This document shows positions 1 through 7,918 of a DNA stretch of 39,745 bases, piece by piece. The notes below the pieces were generated by a model, which searched no databases, was not told where the DNA came from, and was given only the letters and a program-made list of their open reading frames with translations. The position numbers and the translations under genes were made by a program. Source of the DNA: a virus (lineage: Duplodnaviria; Heunggongvirae; Uroviricota; Caudoviricetes). Each line of letters begins with the position of its first letter. Within the stretch, counting starts at the first letter, position 1. The DNA lies in the IMG/VR virus record IMGVR_UViG_2579778884_000013. One strand, 5' to 3'.

Positions 1-516
1 ATGAAATTTAAAAAATGTCTTCTGCCTGTGGCAATGTTAGCGTCATTCACTCTGGCAGGATGCCAGTCAAATGCTGATGATCATGCCGCCGATGTTTATC
101 AAACCGATCAACTGAATACCAAACAAGAAACTAAAACCGTTAATATTATTTCCATTCTTCCCGCAAAAGTTGCCGTAGACAACGCCCAAAATAAACGGAA
201 CGCACAAGCCTTCGGCGCGCTTATTGGCGCTGTCGCTGGCGGTGTTATCGGCCACAACGTCGGGTCTGGCAGCAATTCCGGAACGACGGCAGGTGCAGTT
301 GGCGGCGGAGCTGTAGGCGCGGCAGCGGGTTCTATGGTGAATGATAAAACCTTAGTGGAAGGTGTTTCTTTAACATATAAGGAAGGCACCAAAGTGTATA
401 CCTCCACCCAAGTGGGTAAAGAGTGCCAGTTTACGACAGGTTTAGCCGTTGTTATTACCACGACGTATAACGAAACGCGTATTCAGCCAAATACCAAATG
501 TCCTGAAAAGAGCTAA
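1..516 (+). CDS. Glycine-zipper outer-membrane lipoprotein (17-kDa surface antigen / YcfJ-like family); probable chromosomal flank
   Basis: ATG at 1; N-terminal signal peptide with lipobox LAGC; Gly/Ala-rich zipper GALIGAVAGGVIGHNVG; next gene has AGGAGG RBS 5 nt downstream of stop. Confidence 0.7.
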   Translation: MKFKKCLLPVAMLASFTLAGCQSNADDHAADVYQTDQLNTKQETKTVNIISILPAKVAVDNAQNKRNAQAFGALIGAVAGGVIGHNVGSGSNSGTTAGAVGGGAVGAAAGSMVNDKTLVEGVSLTYKEGTKVYTSTQVGKECQFTTGLAVVITTTYNETRIQPNTKCPEKS

Positions 517-531
517 TAATCAGGAGGAGTC

Positions 532-1071
532 ATGAAGAAAGTTTTTCTTTGCGCCATCTTAGCCTCCTTAAGCTATCCGGCTATCGCCTCATCATTGCAG
601 GATCAACTCTCGGCTGTCGCAGAAGCGGAACAGCAAGGTAAAAATGAAGAGCAAAGGCAGCATGACGAATGGGTCGCGGAGCGCAACAGGGAAATCCAGC
701 AAGAGAAGCAACGTCGCGCAAACGCCCAGGCCGCGGCTAATAAAAGAGCGGCAACGGCAGCAGCGAATAAGAAAGCTCGTCAGGATAAACTGGACGCCGA
801 AGCCACTGCGGACAAAAAACGCGATCAAAGTTATGAAGATGAGCTACGTAGCTTAGAGATTCAGAAACAAAAACTGGCGCTGGCGAAAGAAGAAGCCCGC
901 GTTAAGCGCGAAAACGAATTTATCGATCAGGAACTGAAGCACAAAGCTGCGCAAACCGATGTGGTGCAATCTGAAGCTGACGCAAACAGAAATATGACTG
1001 AAGGCGGTCGCGATCTGATGAAAAGCGTGGGTAAAGCAGAAGAGAATAAATCAGATAGCTGGTTTAACTAA
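532..1071 (+). CDS. Secreted Lys/Glu/Ala-rich coiled-coil protein, function unknown; probable chromosomal flank
   Basis: AGGAGG RBS at 522-527; signal peptide MKKVFLCAILASLSYPAIA; low-complexity charged helical repeats. Confidence 0.6.
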   Translation: MKKVFLCAILASLSYPAIASSLQDQLSAVAEAEQQGKNEEQRQHDEWVAERNREIQQEKQRRANAQAAANKRAATAAANKKARQDKLDAEATADKKRDQSYEDELRSLEIQKQKLALAKEEARVKRENEFIDQELKHKAAQTDVVQSEADANRNMTEGGRDLMKSVGKAEENKSDSWFN

Positions 1072-1110
1072 ACGATGTTAGTAACTTCAAACCTATAATT
1101 CTTTAGGATA

Positions 1111-1140
1111 AAAAACCCTCTGTAGTAACAGAGGGTTTTG
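1111..1140. terminator. Bidirectional rho-independent terminator separating flank genes from prophage lysis genes
   Basis: Perfect 12-bp inverted repeat AAAACCCTCTGT / ACAGAGGGTTTT (1112-1123 / 1128-1139), 4-nt loop, A-run before and T-run after. Confidence 0.7.
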
Positions 1141-1265
1141 TTCATTCATAGTGCAGGGTCAAATCATTCCCACTCAATTATTTACGATACACATAAACAA
1201 TTGACTGATAACAACTTTCTTCCAAATGATTTTCACCGTACCGTTTTATATACCGTCACCGGAAA

Positions 1266-1763
1266 TCAGTGCCACGATTTTTGCTTCTTCAGTGAATCGT
1301 ATTGCTGTTCGCAGGATTCTCCTGCAATCCGATACTTTTCAGCCTCAGCTGCTGTTGCGTTGTAAACTCGGTTGCTTTCTTCAAGCATGTCGGCGAGCAC
1401 ACCGATGACCTTGCTGGCTGGCGTGCCAGTGGGGAAAGATCCGGTATAGTGTTCGGCGAGTCGCTTGGTTTTGTCAAGCTCGGCGCGCAGGCTGTCAGCA
1501 GCGGCATTAGCATGCTCAGCATCAACACGCGCCACATCGATACGGGACTGTGCTTCACGTTCAATTTGTGTTTTCTCCTGATCACGTTGTGACCTGGCCT
1601 TATCATCAGCCTGTTTCTGATCTTCCTGTGCCTGCGCATACCCGGCGTCGTACTGACGACTGCCGTGTGCATTCCAGGCTACAACTCCTGATATGACCAG
1701 AACAGCAAGCATCGCCATGATAACCAACTGTTTCCAGTATGCTTTTGCGAATGCCCAGATCAT
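1266..1763 (-). CDS. Rz-like i-spanin (inner-membrane spanin)
   Basis: N-terminal transmembrane helix then charged coiled-coil; start ATG overlaps endolysin stop (ATGA at 1760-1763); last gene of lysis cassette. Confidence 0.75.
   Translation of the reverse strand: MIWAFAKAYWKQLVIMAMLAVLVISGVVAWNAHGSRQYDAGYAQAQEDQKQADDKARSQRDQEKTQIEREAQSRIDVARVDAEHANAAADSLRAELDKTKRLAEHYTGSFPTGTPASKVIGVLADMLEESNRVYNATAAEAEKYRIAGESCEQQYDSLKKQKSWH
1289..1537 (-). CDS. Rz1-like o-spanin lipoprotein embedded in +1 frame inside Rz
   Basis: Alternate frame fully inside Rz; signal peptide MWRVLMLSMLMPLLTAC with lipobox LTAC; proline-rich mature peptide; start uncertain (ATG at 1537, 1522, 1513 or 1507). Confidence 0.5.
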   Translation of the reverse strand: MWRVLMLSMLMPLLTACAPSLTKPSDSPNTIPDLSPLARQPARSSVCSPTCLKKATEFTTQQQLRLKSIGLQENPANSNTIH

Positions 1764-2389
1764 ACCGCCAGCACCTTACTGGCAGTGATGTACCGCGCGC
1801 GCCGGTCGTCGATGCCGTTCCGGCCACCATTGATAATCAGAGTTACACGTGCAATATCGCCGGTATACTTCATGCATCCTTTGCTGGCAAAGAACCACGC
1901 CGCGCTACGAGCCGCGTATTCGTCCTGCGCCAGCAGTTCAGGACTCTCCAGCAGGTCAACCTTAAGACCGTTTCCACAGTCACGATAGTTATTCAAACCG
2001 GTAATCTGGATAAGTCCGCGACCACGGTAATTCCAGCCATCACCAGAGGCATTGTTACCCATGCGTTTGCTGTACACCAGATTTGCGATCGCGCGCTGGC
2101 GCTCAAGTGGCAATGGTGGCTCACCAGCACGGCGGCCCAGTGCGTTAGCCTGTCCCTGGGTGAGACGCCCAGCCCGAACGAAGTTAGCCAGTCCGGTGAC
2201 GCTGTAGTTGAAATTTTCCTGCAACCGGTTGAAGCCACCAGACTCATGCCCGACCTGAGCAATAAACATTGCCTGATCTTCGGGTTTGCTGATACCAAAC
2301 TCTTTCATCGCAGAAGTTATATGCGAGAACCAGCGAGCGGCCAGCGCCTCGCTAATACCAGCAGCTCGCTGGAATTGTTTAATCTCCAT
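1760..2389 (-). CDS. Endolysin, glycoside hydrolase family 19 (chitinase-like lysozyme)
   Basis: Motifs QVGHESGGF, NYRGRGLIQITGLNNY, SAAWFF typical of GH19 phage endolysins; ATG at 2389 with GAGG RBS; ORF-track upstream extension rejected. Confidence 0.85.
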   Translation of the reverse strand: MEIKQFQRAAGISEALAARWFSHITSAMKEFGISKPEDQAMFIAQVGHESGGFNRLQENFNYSVTGLANFVRAGRLTQGQANALGRRAGEPPLPLERQRAIANLVYSKRMGNNASGDGWNYRGRGLIQITGLNNYRDCGNGLKVDLLESPELLAQDEYAARSAAWFFASKGCMKYTGDIARVTLIINGGRNGIDDRRARYITASKVLAV

Positions 2390-2687
2390 GTTTAGACCTC
2401 GATATTTTGAAAATATGAACAACGTTACCGCGTGTTTTAATAACCGCGGCAAGCATGACAGCGTTGATAATGACCTCAGATAAATCCACAGCCATTGGCG
2501 TGCGTAACCAGATTGCATAGACGACACGAACAGGAATACTTGCCGCAGCAACAATAAGGAAATAAGCAAGCCACCCTCCCCATCTTCGATGTTGAGAGCC
2601 GTTACGCCGGAATGTGACAACGCGAATTGCTATGCCAGTACAAATAACTGCATTGGTGATAAGCAAAAAAAACTCATGCGTTACCAT
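2379..2687 (-). CDS. Small membrane protein of lysis cassette (second holin or antiholin candidate)
   Basis: Three hydrophobic segments; GGGGAG RBS; start overlaps upstream holin stop; stop overlaps endolysin start. Confidence 0.5.
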   Translation of the reverse strand: MVTHEFFLLITNAVICTGIAIRVVTFRRNGSQHRRWGGWLAYFLIVAAASIPVRVVYAIWLRTPMAVDLSEVIINAVMLAAVIKTRGNVVHIFKISRSKHGD

Positions 2688-3078
2688 CGTCTTTTCTCCC
2701 CGGAATTAACTCGCGTGGATTATCGGAACGGTGATAGAGCCAGATGCCAATACGCACGGCGACAATTGCTGACACGAATGCGCCTGCAGAGAAAACAATC
2801 CCTTTTTCAAAAGAGTCCTGCGTGATGGTAGGGATCAGGCTGGCTATGCCGATAAGAATTGATGCTGCTGGTTTGTAAAAGAGAAGGCCGCAAAGAAAGC
2901 TGAGCATCGACAGGAGCACCCGGCGACGGATGGGGTACTCTACTGCAGAGGTAACAAAAATTACCGCCCCAGCCAAAGCCCCTAAAGCAACCTCCGGAGG
3001 GACACCTGCAATAACCGCAGCAAGAGAACTAACACTAAGCCACTGATTTGAAGTTTCATTGGTTAGTTGGAATGACAT
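2674..3078 (-). CDS. Putative holin (three predicted transmembrane helices)
   Basis: Hydrophobic segments separated by short charged loops, charged C-terminus; first gene of lysis cassette directly after tailspike. Confidence 0.55.
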   Translation of the reverse strand: MSFQLTNETSNQWLSVSSLAAVIAGVPPEVALGALAGAVIFVTSAVEYPIRRRVLLSMLSFLCGLLFYKPAASILIGIASLIPTITQDSFEKGIVFSAGAFVSAIVAVRIGIWLYHRSDNPRELIPGRKDDGNA

Positions 3079-3150
3079 AACGAAACCCGTTTATTTGCAA
3101 ACACCCTGCTTCAGGAAAAGTATACCGCGCAACAACACACCATTTACGGT

Positions 3151-5613
3151 TCAATTCCCTGTTAATTGCAAAACTTGCTCTTCCAGCTTTTTAACCCTGC
3201 GTCTCATCATCGCAGATTCCAGAATCAGAGCCTCTTCATAACGGATACCGTAACATTCACCAGCCTCGACGGCTTCGCGTACCAGAACCTTTGTCTGTAT
3301 AAGTGGGTAAACTCCTGCAGAATGCTCTTCTTCCGTCACATCCCTGTATTCTGCCGGGGTCTCATTCCACTTGTCATAACAGATAAATGCCAGTCGTGAC
3401 ACATCTATGCCTTCATTCTGAAATACACTGATAACATGCTGCGCAACTGCACCAAAGTGCCATCTTGCTCCGTCTTTACCTTTCACTTCGATCCTGTCAA
3501 GGTACTGGTATGAAACCCATTCCACTCTTTCCCATGCGTCCAGTATTTTCTCATCAATAACCTCTGGAGCAGTCTTGAAACGCGCATCGGACAGCACCGT
3601 AAACGCTGACTGGGTAAATCCCCCCGACCATGCACGACCAGCCAACCCAAGAGAATAAGTATTCGTTGTCGATGGTGTCATGGCTGAATCAGAAAACTGT
3701 ATATATTCTGAATTTCCAGTAGATATTCGAATATTTCCATTTATTAGCGACATAGTGCCTTTAGTATTATCACTATTGAATAATTTCAATTGCGAACTTA
3801 TACCGCCTCCCACAGCCAGAGATACATCGCCTTCAGCAAGCATTCTGAATTTATCTGCAGAAACAAGCGTCTGGTTAGCAAGGTTAAAATATTTAACCCA
3901 CCATTCAAAACGCCCTGACATAGTCCCAACGTACTGACCAAGCGCAGGGACGTGAACAACATTGCTATTTGTAGTGCCGTCTATACTGGAAATACCAGTC
4001 ACCGCTGATGCAGAACTCAGAATATTATTTCTGTCACCCGGATGTTTAATTTCAACAAAGTTCCTGATACACCCTTCCTCGAAGGTAACCACGCCGGAAG
4101 AACTATACATGGGGAATATTGACGCATAATTACTGCGTGCAGCATCTAAGAAACGAATGGTTGTAGATGTCTGCAGATCTCCTGATTCATTTTTCCCATC
4201 ACACCCAGTCATTAGAATATTACTGGCAATATTATTATTTCCCTGAACGGTGACTCCGTGCGCCTGCTTTGCGTCCGATTCAGAGTAATCAACCAGCACA
4301 TTCGAAATCAGGTTACCAGTCCCCTTGCCAACAACTACTGCGGCGTATTTTGGGTTGTTAGCCATTACACTGCTAATGATATTATTCGTTGGGGCAGTTT
4401 CCGTCTCAGTTCCATTGTAAACAACGTGCTTACACTCTTCACCAATAACATTGCTGACAATGTTATATTTTGCTGCTGTTTTAAGTTCCACTGCACCAAA
4501 CTGAGGATAATTTCTGGCTATCACACCATCAATTAGCGTATTTTGCGATGAATCAAAAAGCACACAACCTGCTTTTTTATTATTTGCGAACCCTAAATAC
4601 TCTCCTCTTATATCTCTAACAATGTAACCTGACGGAATACCATTATTCGGATAAGCGATCAAGCTAAATCCTGTTCCTCGCGTATTTGTAAATCTGATAT
4701 TTTTAACCGATACATCATGGCCACCTGAAAATGACACCTGGTGTCCCTGCACACTATCATCTGATTTATTTCCCATAATTGTTAGCGTACTAAGCATGCC
4801 ACCATCGGGCATGTTAAAAACCAGATGATTACCATCTCTGTCATACTGTTTTATCGTTCCCCCACCTGTTCCGTACAAGCCACAACGTGAAAGAGAAACT
4901 AAAGATGTATTGAATACCCCTTCCGGAACAAAAACACTGCTAAACGAATGTAATGATTTTGTAAAAGCATCCTTGTTATCATTTAAGATTCCATTTTGAG
5001 CTCCAAAATCCTTAATGCTGACACCATCACGCATCTTATCCTGGAACGTTCTGTATACCGCTCCAGAACCATACTGAATAAACCAACCAAAACCACCAAT
5101 AACTCCGGCGATTGCAGCATCGACATAATTACGCATTGAGCGATTATTTACAGCGTCCTGCTCAAGTGATGGATCGGCAAGGTTAGATATTCTGTTTTGC
5201 TTTGCATCGTAATATTTTGCAAGCAAAGATGGTTTCATCAATGCACGTCTGAACCACCCAAAACATCGCTGGATCAGCATCGTCAGGTAGTCAAATGCAT
5301 CCTCATGAACTTCGGGGAAAAATTTTCCCTGATTGCGAAGATCAGTCTCCTGCACCACATCAAGCACACGCTCTATCGTGATTCGCCAGCCAGCAGCAAG
5401 CGGCGACGGAAGAACCACTGCACCGCCACTATAAGTTCCCGCCCCTGTTACCGTATAACCAGCATCCAGCACTAGTTTTGTAACGTTACCGTTAAGGTCA
5501 GACACCTGAACAACCAGGTCGGATTTTTTGAAAATACGGAAGGTATACGGAAATGATGTCGTAACGCCGTTACCTGTGTATTCGTTGTGGTCAACTTCGG
5601 TTGAGACCGTCAT
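3151..5613 (-). CDS. Tailspike: T7 gp17-like N-terminal anchor, parallel beta-helix depolymerase-like centre, C-terminal intramolecular chaperone (peptidase S74-like)
   Basis: N-terminus YTGNGVTTSFPYTF...LVVQV resembles T7 tail-fibre N-domain; central repeats with N-x-I/V motifs; C-terminal LSDARFK (Ser about aa 675, nt about 3589-3591) then chaperone-like region; GGAG RBS. Confidence 0.85.
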   Translation of the reverse strand: MTVSTEVDHNEYTGNGVTTSFPYTFRIFKKSDLVVQVSDLNGNVTKLVLDAGYTVTGAGTYSGGAVVLPSPLAAGWRITIERVLDVVQETDLRNQGKFFPEVHEDAFDYLTMLIQRCFGWFRRALMKPSLLAKYYDAKQNRISNLADPSLEQDAVNNRSMRNYVDAAIAGVIGGFGWFIQYGSGAVYRTFQDKMRDGVSIKDFGAQNGILNDNKDAFTKSLHSFSSVFVPEGVFNTSLVSLSRCGLYGTGGGTIKQYDRDGNHLVFNMPDGGMLSTLTIMGNKSDDSVQGHQVSFSGGHDVSVKNIRFTNTRGTGFSLIAYPNNGIPSGYIVRDIRGEYLGFANNKKAGCVLFDSSQNTLIDGVIARNYPQFGAVELKTAAKYNIVSNVIGEECKHVVYNGTETETAPTNNIISSVMANNPKYAAVVVGKGTGNLISNVLVDYSESDAKQAHGVTVQGNNNIASNILMTGCDGKNESGDLQTSTTIRFLDAARSNYASIFPMYSSSGVVTFEEGCIRNFVEIKHPGDRNNILSSASAVTGISSIDGTTNSNVVHVPALGQYVGTMSGRFEWWVKYFNLANQTLVSADKFRMLAEGDVSLAVGGGISSQLKLFNSDNTKGTMSLINGNIRISTGNSEYIQFSDSAMTPSTTNTYSLGLAGRAWSGGFTQSAFTVLSDARFKTAPEVIDEKILDAWERVEWVSYQYLDRIEVKGKDGARWHFGAVAQHVISVFQNEGIDVSRLAFICYDKWNETPAEYRDVTEEEHSAGVYPLIQTKVLVREAVEAGECYGIRYEEALILESAMMRRRVKKLEEQVLQLTGN

Positions 5614-5717
5614 GTTAAATCTCCAGATAGTCGCAGCACCCGTTGCGCCGCATATCTGGTTATTCTATTACCAAAAAAACCATATATGGATAGAAAGACT
5701 GTGAATATGAATAGATA

Positions 5718-5732
5718 TTACCTTTCAGGTAA
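5718..5732. promoter_or_regulatory. Operator-like palindrome TTACC-N5-GGTAA (TTACCTTTCAGGTAA)
   Basis: Perfect 5-bp inverted half-sites with 5-bp spacer, in divergent intergenic region between tailspike and SOS-controlled small gene; same motif recurs at least 11 more times. Confidence 0.5.
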
Positions 5733-5771
5733 TTTGCAAAACGTGCTGGATAGCAAACAAATTATTTGCTA

Positions 5772-5787
5772 CTGTATAAATATACAG
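5772..5787. promoter_or_regulatory. LexA (SOS) box CTGT-N8-ACAG
   Basis: TACTGTATAAATATACAGTTA matches consensus TACTGT(AT)4ACAGTA; 8 nt upstream of ATG 5795 and 23 nt upstream of ATG 5810. Confidence 0.75.
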
Positions 5788-5809
5788 TTATTGCATGGAG
5801 AAGATTAAG

Positions 5810-6067
5810 ATGCAGCAGTATCACTATCCACTGGAAGAGGGATTTACCGAAAGGATTCACACGCCGGGAGGCGTCAGGTCACTGGTGGAGGGATCGCACT
5901 TGATGAAATTACTCCGGGATCTCGATAAGGATGGATTTAATGTCGATGGCCCACTTGCCGAACTGACTGCACTGATTAACTACGTCACCAGCTCACAGAT
6001 GTCTATGCAGGATCTGCAAACACATCTCGACTATTGTGCCGAACAATTACGAAAACAAACCAGATAA
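5810..6067 (+). CDS. Small SOS-controlled protein, paralog of C-terminal domain of adjacent AntA-like protein; candidate small antirepressor
   Basis: GGAG RBS 9 nt upstream of ATG 5810 (alternative ATG 5795 lacks RBS); aligns with C-terminus of 6385..7041 product (LMKLLRDLDKDGFNVDGPLAELT vs [24 protein letters not shown]; DLQTHLDY vs DIQTHAEY). Confidence 0.6.
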   Translation: MQQYHYPLEEGFTERIHTPGGVRSLVEGSHLMKLLRDLDKDGFNVDGPLAELTALINYVTSSQMSMQDLQTHLDYCAEQLRKQTR

Positions 6068-6098
6068 GGTTTGAAATTACCAAATGGAGTGCTTATAT

Positions 6099-6113
6099 TT
6101 ACCTTTGCGGTAA
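6099..6113. promoter_or_regulatory. Operator-like palindrome TTACC-N5-GGTAA (TTACCTTTGCGGTAA)
   Basis: Perfect half-sites; lies between small SOS gene and AntA-like gene. Confidence 0.45.
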
Positions 6114-6203
6114 ATTTACATCGCACTCCTCTTGTGCCATAGTAATCGGGCACTGGCAAAATCCAGTGCCGGGATTGGTCTCCCGGATTACTAAGTGGCG
6201 CAT

Positions 6204-6227
6204 ACCACGCCAGACGTGGTTTTTTTA
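6204..6227 (+). terminator. Rho-independent terminator after small SOS gene
   Basis: Stem ACCACG/CGTGGT with 5-nt loop followed by T7 run. Confidence 0.5.
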
Positions 6228-6384
6228 TGCGTATAGCACAGTCATGCCAGAATTATGGTGGGCTGAATGGGGGTCCGAAAGGACGCCGGTACCACTTAGG
6301 CCGGTAAGACCAACTCCGTTCAGTTCACCACCATCTGATTGGTCTCAGCGGTGGTGATGTAATTCGCTAAGTGGAGACGCCATC

Positions 6385-7041
6385 ATGAACGCTCAACTCA
6401 TCCCCGTATTCAACGGCACTATATCTAACGAAACAGCCCTACTTTGTAATGCCCGCGATCTGCACGCTTTTTTAGGTGTTAAAAAGGTGTTTGCAGCATG
6501 GATTACAAATCGCATATCAGAATACGAATTCATTGAAAATCAAGACTATATTTTGCTTTCCAATTTGGGAAAGCAAACATCTGGTAGAGGCGGCCACAAC
6601 CGCAAAGAGTACCACCTCACCCTTGATACAGCCAAAGAGCTGGCGATGGTCGAGCGTAACGAAAAAGGTCGCCAGGTGCGACGCTACTTCATTGAATGCG
6701 AGAAACGTTTAAGACAACAAGAAACAAAAGTGGAGAAGGTCTTGTCAGGCTTCATGCCCGCCATTATGGAGGCGATCAAGCTGGAAGACAAAAAAGAATA
6801 CAGTGCCCCACTGAAGCCCGGCTACCGCAGCCTGATTCACTCGCCGTCTGGTGTTCTCGGCCTGACGGAGAACTCACTGCTGATGAATCTGCTGAACCAG
6901 TTACAGGACGACGGGCACGACGTATCGGGCGCGGCGGCGGAGCTGACCACCATGTTCTGCTACATCGTTGGTGTGAGCAAATGCCTGCGTGATATCCAGA
7001 CGCACGCGGAGTACATCAACGACAAGGCAGGGTTCTTCTGA
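6385..7041 (+). CDS. AntA-family antirepressor-like protein with C-terminal domain shared with small SOS protein
   Basis: N-terminal region [32 protein letters not shown] resembles AntA/AntB antirepressor domain; GGAG RBS 8 nt upstream. Confidence 0.7.
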   Translation: MNAQLIPVFNGTISNETALLCNARDLHAFLGVKKVFAAWITNRISEYEFIENQDYILLSNLGKQTSGRGGHNRKEYHLTLDTAKELAMVERNEKGRQVRRYFIECEKRLRQQETKVEKVLSGFMPAIMEAIKLEDKKEYSAPLKPGYRSLIHSPSGVLGLTENSLLMNLLNQLQDDGHDVSGAAAELTTMFCYIVGVSKCLRDIQTHAEYINDKAGFF

Positions 7042-7085
7042 CGGGCGGCGGCACAGGGATGTGCCTTTAAATAATTCTGTACAGA

Positions 7086-7128
7086 TTGCAGACTGGGGGT
7101 GAATAGCGTACTATTACCTCAAGGGTAA
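7086..7128 (+). promoter_or_regulatory. Candidate sigma70 promoter (TTGCAG-17-TACTAT) with operator-like palindrome TTACCTCAAGGGTAA (7114-7128) at -10/+1
   Basis: -35/-10 hexamers with 17-bp spacer; palindrome starts at last base of -10; 60 nt upstream of 210-aa gene. Confidence 0.45.
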
Positions 7129-7187
7129 GAAAGCATTTTTAATCTTCCCTTCAAAACGCGTCCTGTAGCCAAACATGGGAGGACGAA

Positions 7188-7820
7188 ATGAGAACAAATA
7201 CAACAAGAAAAGCGATGCCATACATTATCCCAGAAGCAGATTTCGATAGAAAACTGAACATGTCTGAGAAGAACACTAGTCACACCGAAAGCTACTTAGC
7301 GAAAGGTGTGGTTGATTTCGTTCTTCCGGGATTCACAACACCTTATGGTTATCGCCTTGTAAAATCTTGTAATGGCGATCATTACAGAATGATTACTACC
7401 AGCGATACTCCAGAAACGGTGTATGCGGTTAAGTTAATCTTTCGGGAAGATATCGTCGAAGCCAAAAGAACATGTACGCAGATCATGGTATGGCGTACGC
7501 CTAATGTTATTCATGACCGTGCTGTTCATGGTTTGCCTCAGATTTTTTTTCAGTTCTTCCTAGAGCAATATGCGATCGTTGTATCTGATGAGCAACAAAC
7601 AATCGATGGGAGAAGATTCTGGGAAAGAATGATTTCTTGGGCTATAAACACCCCAGGATATAATGTATACGTTTCAGATGGCTCTGAAGAAGATAGACCT
7701 CTTAGCTTCATGACATCATGGGATGATTTCTATAGCCAGTGGGCTGATTTCTGTTGGGGCAGTGATAAAGATGTGCATACCCACAGACTACTGGTTATAA
7801 GCAAAGATAAACTGCATTAA
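7188..7820 (+). CDS. Hypothetical 210-aa cytoplasmic protein, no family recognised (orphan accessory gene)
   Basis: Strong GGGAGG RBS 5 nt upstream; own promoter/operator and terminator; appears AT-rich by eye relative to neighbours; no TM or signal peptide. Confidence 0.6.
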   Translation: MRTNTTRKAMPYIIPEADFDRKLNMSEKNTSHTESYLAKGVVDFVLPGFTTPYGYRLVKSCNGDHYRMITTSDTPETVYAVKLIFREDIVEAKRTCTQIMVWRTPNVIHDRAVHGLPQIFFQFFLEQYAIVVSDEQQTIDGRRFWERMISWAINTPGYNVYVSDGSEEDRPLSFMTSWDDFYSQWADFCWGSDKDVHTHRLLVISKDKLH

Positions 7821-7824
7821 TAGA

Positions 7825-7846
7825 AGCCCGCAGCGCGGGCTTTTTT
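7825..7846 (+). terminator. Rho-independent terminator after 210-aa gene
   Basis: GCCCGC-CAGC-GCGGGC stem-loop followed by TTTTTT. Confidence 0.65.
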
Positions 7847-7918
7847 GTGGACGAAACAAAAGTCAGTGCTACACTCATTGACGCCACATTGAGGTGGCTT
7901 ATAGATGGAAATTTCACA

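Noticed and set aside
108-856. ORFs overlapping the two flank genes (108..461 -, 592..828 -, 644..856 +)
   Set aside because: Overlap well-supported signal-peptide genes in other frames or antisense; the 644..856 frame is an Arg/Lys-rich artefact of the low-complexity coding repeat.
1760-2620. Track start for endolysin at 2620 (adds 77 aa) and for terminase small subunit at 27993
   Set aside because: The extensions lack an RBS, overlap the upstream gene extensively and (for 27993) start with TTG; internal ATG codons with Shine-Dalgarno sequences give proteins of expected length.
3166-5475. Plus-strand ORFs inside the tailspike gene (3166..3399, 3680..3937, 4258..4536, 5197..5475)
   Set aside because: Antisense to a long well-supported gene, no RBS, no recognisable features; typical shadow ORFs.
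6034-6357. ORF 6034..6357 (107 aa) as a gene between the small SOS gene and the AntA-like gene
   Set aside because: Reads through three hairpins including an intrinsic terminator, has no RBS, Trp/Pro-rich odd composition; more likely non-coding.
7077-7092. Second LexA box candidate (CTGTACAGATTGCAGA)
   Set aside because: Has CTGT but the distal half-site is CAGA, not ACAG at the N8 spacing; does not fit the consensus.
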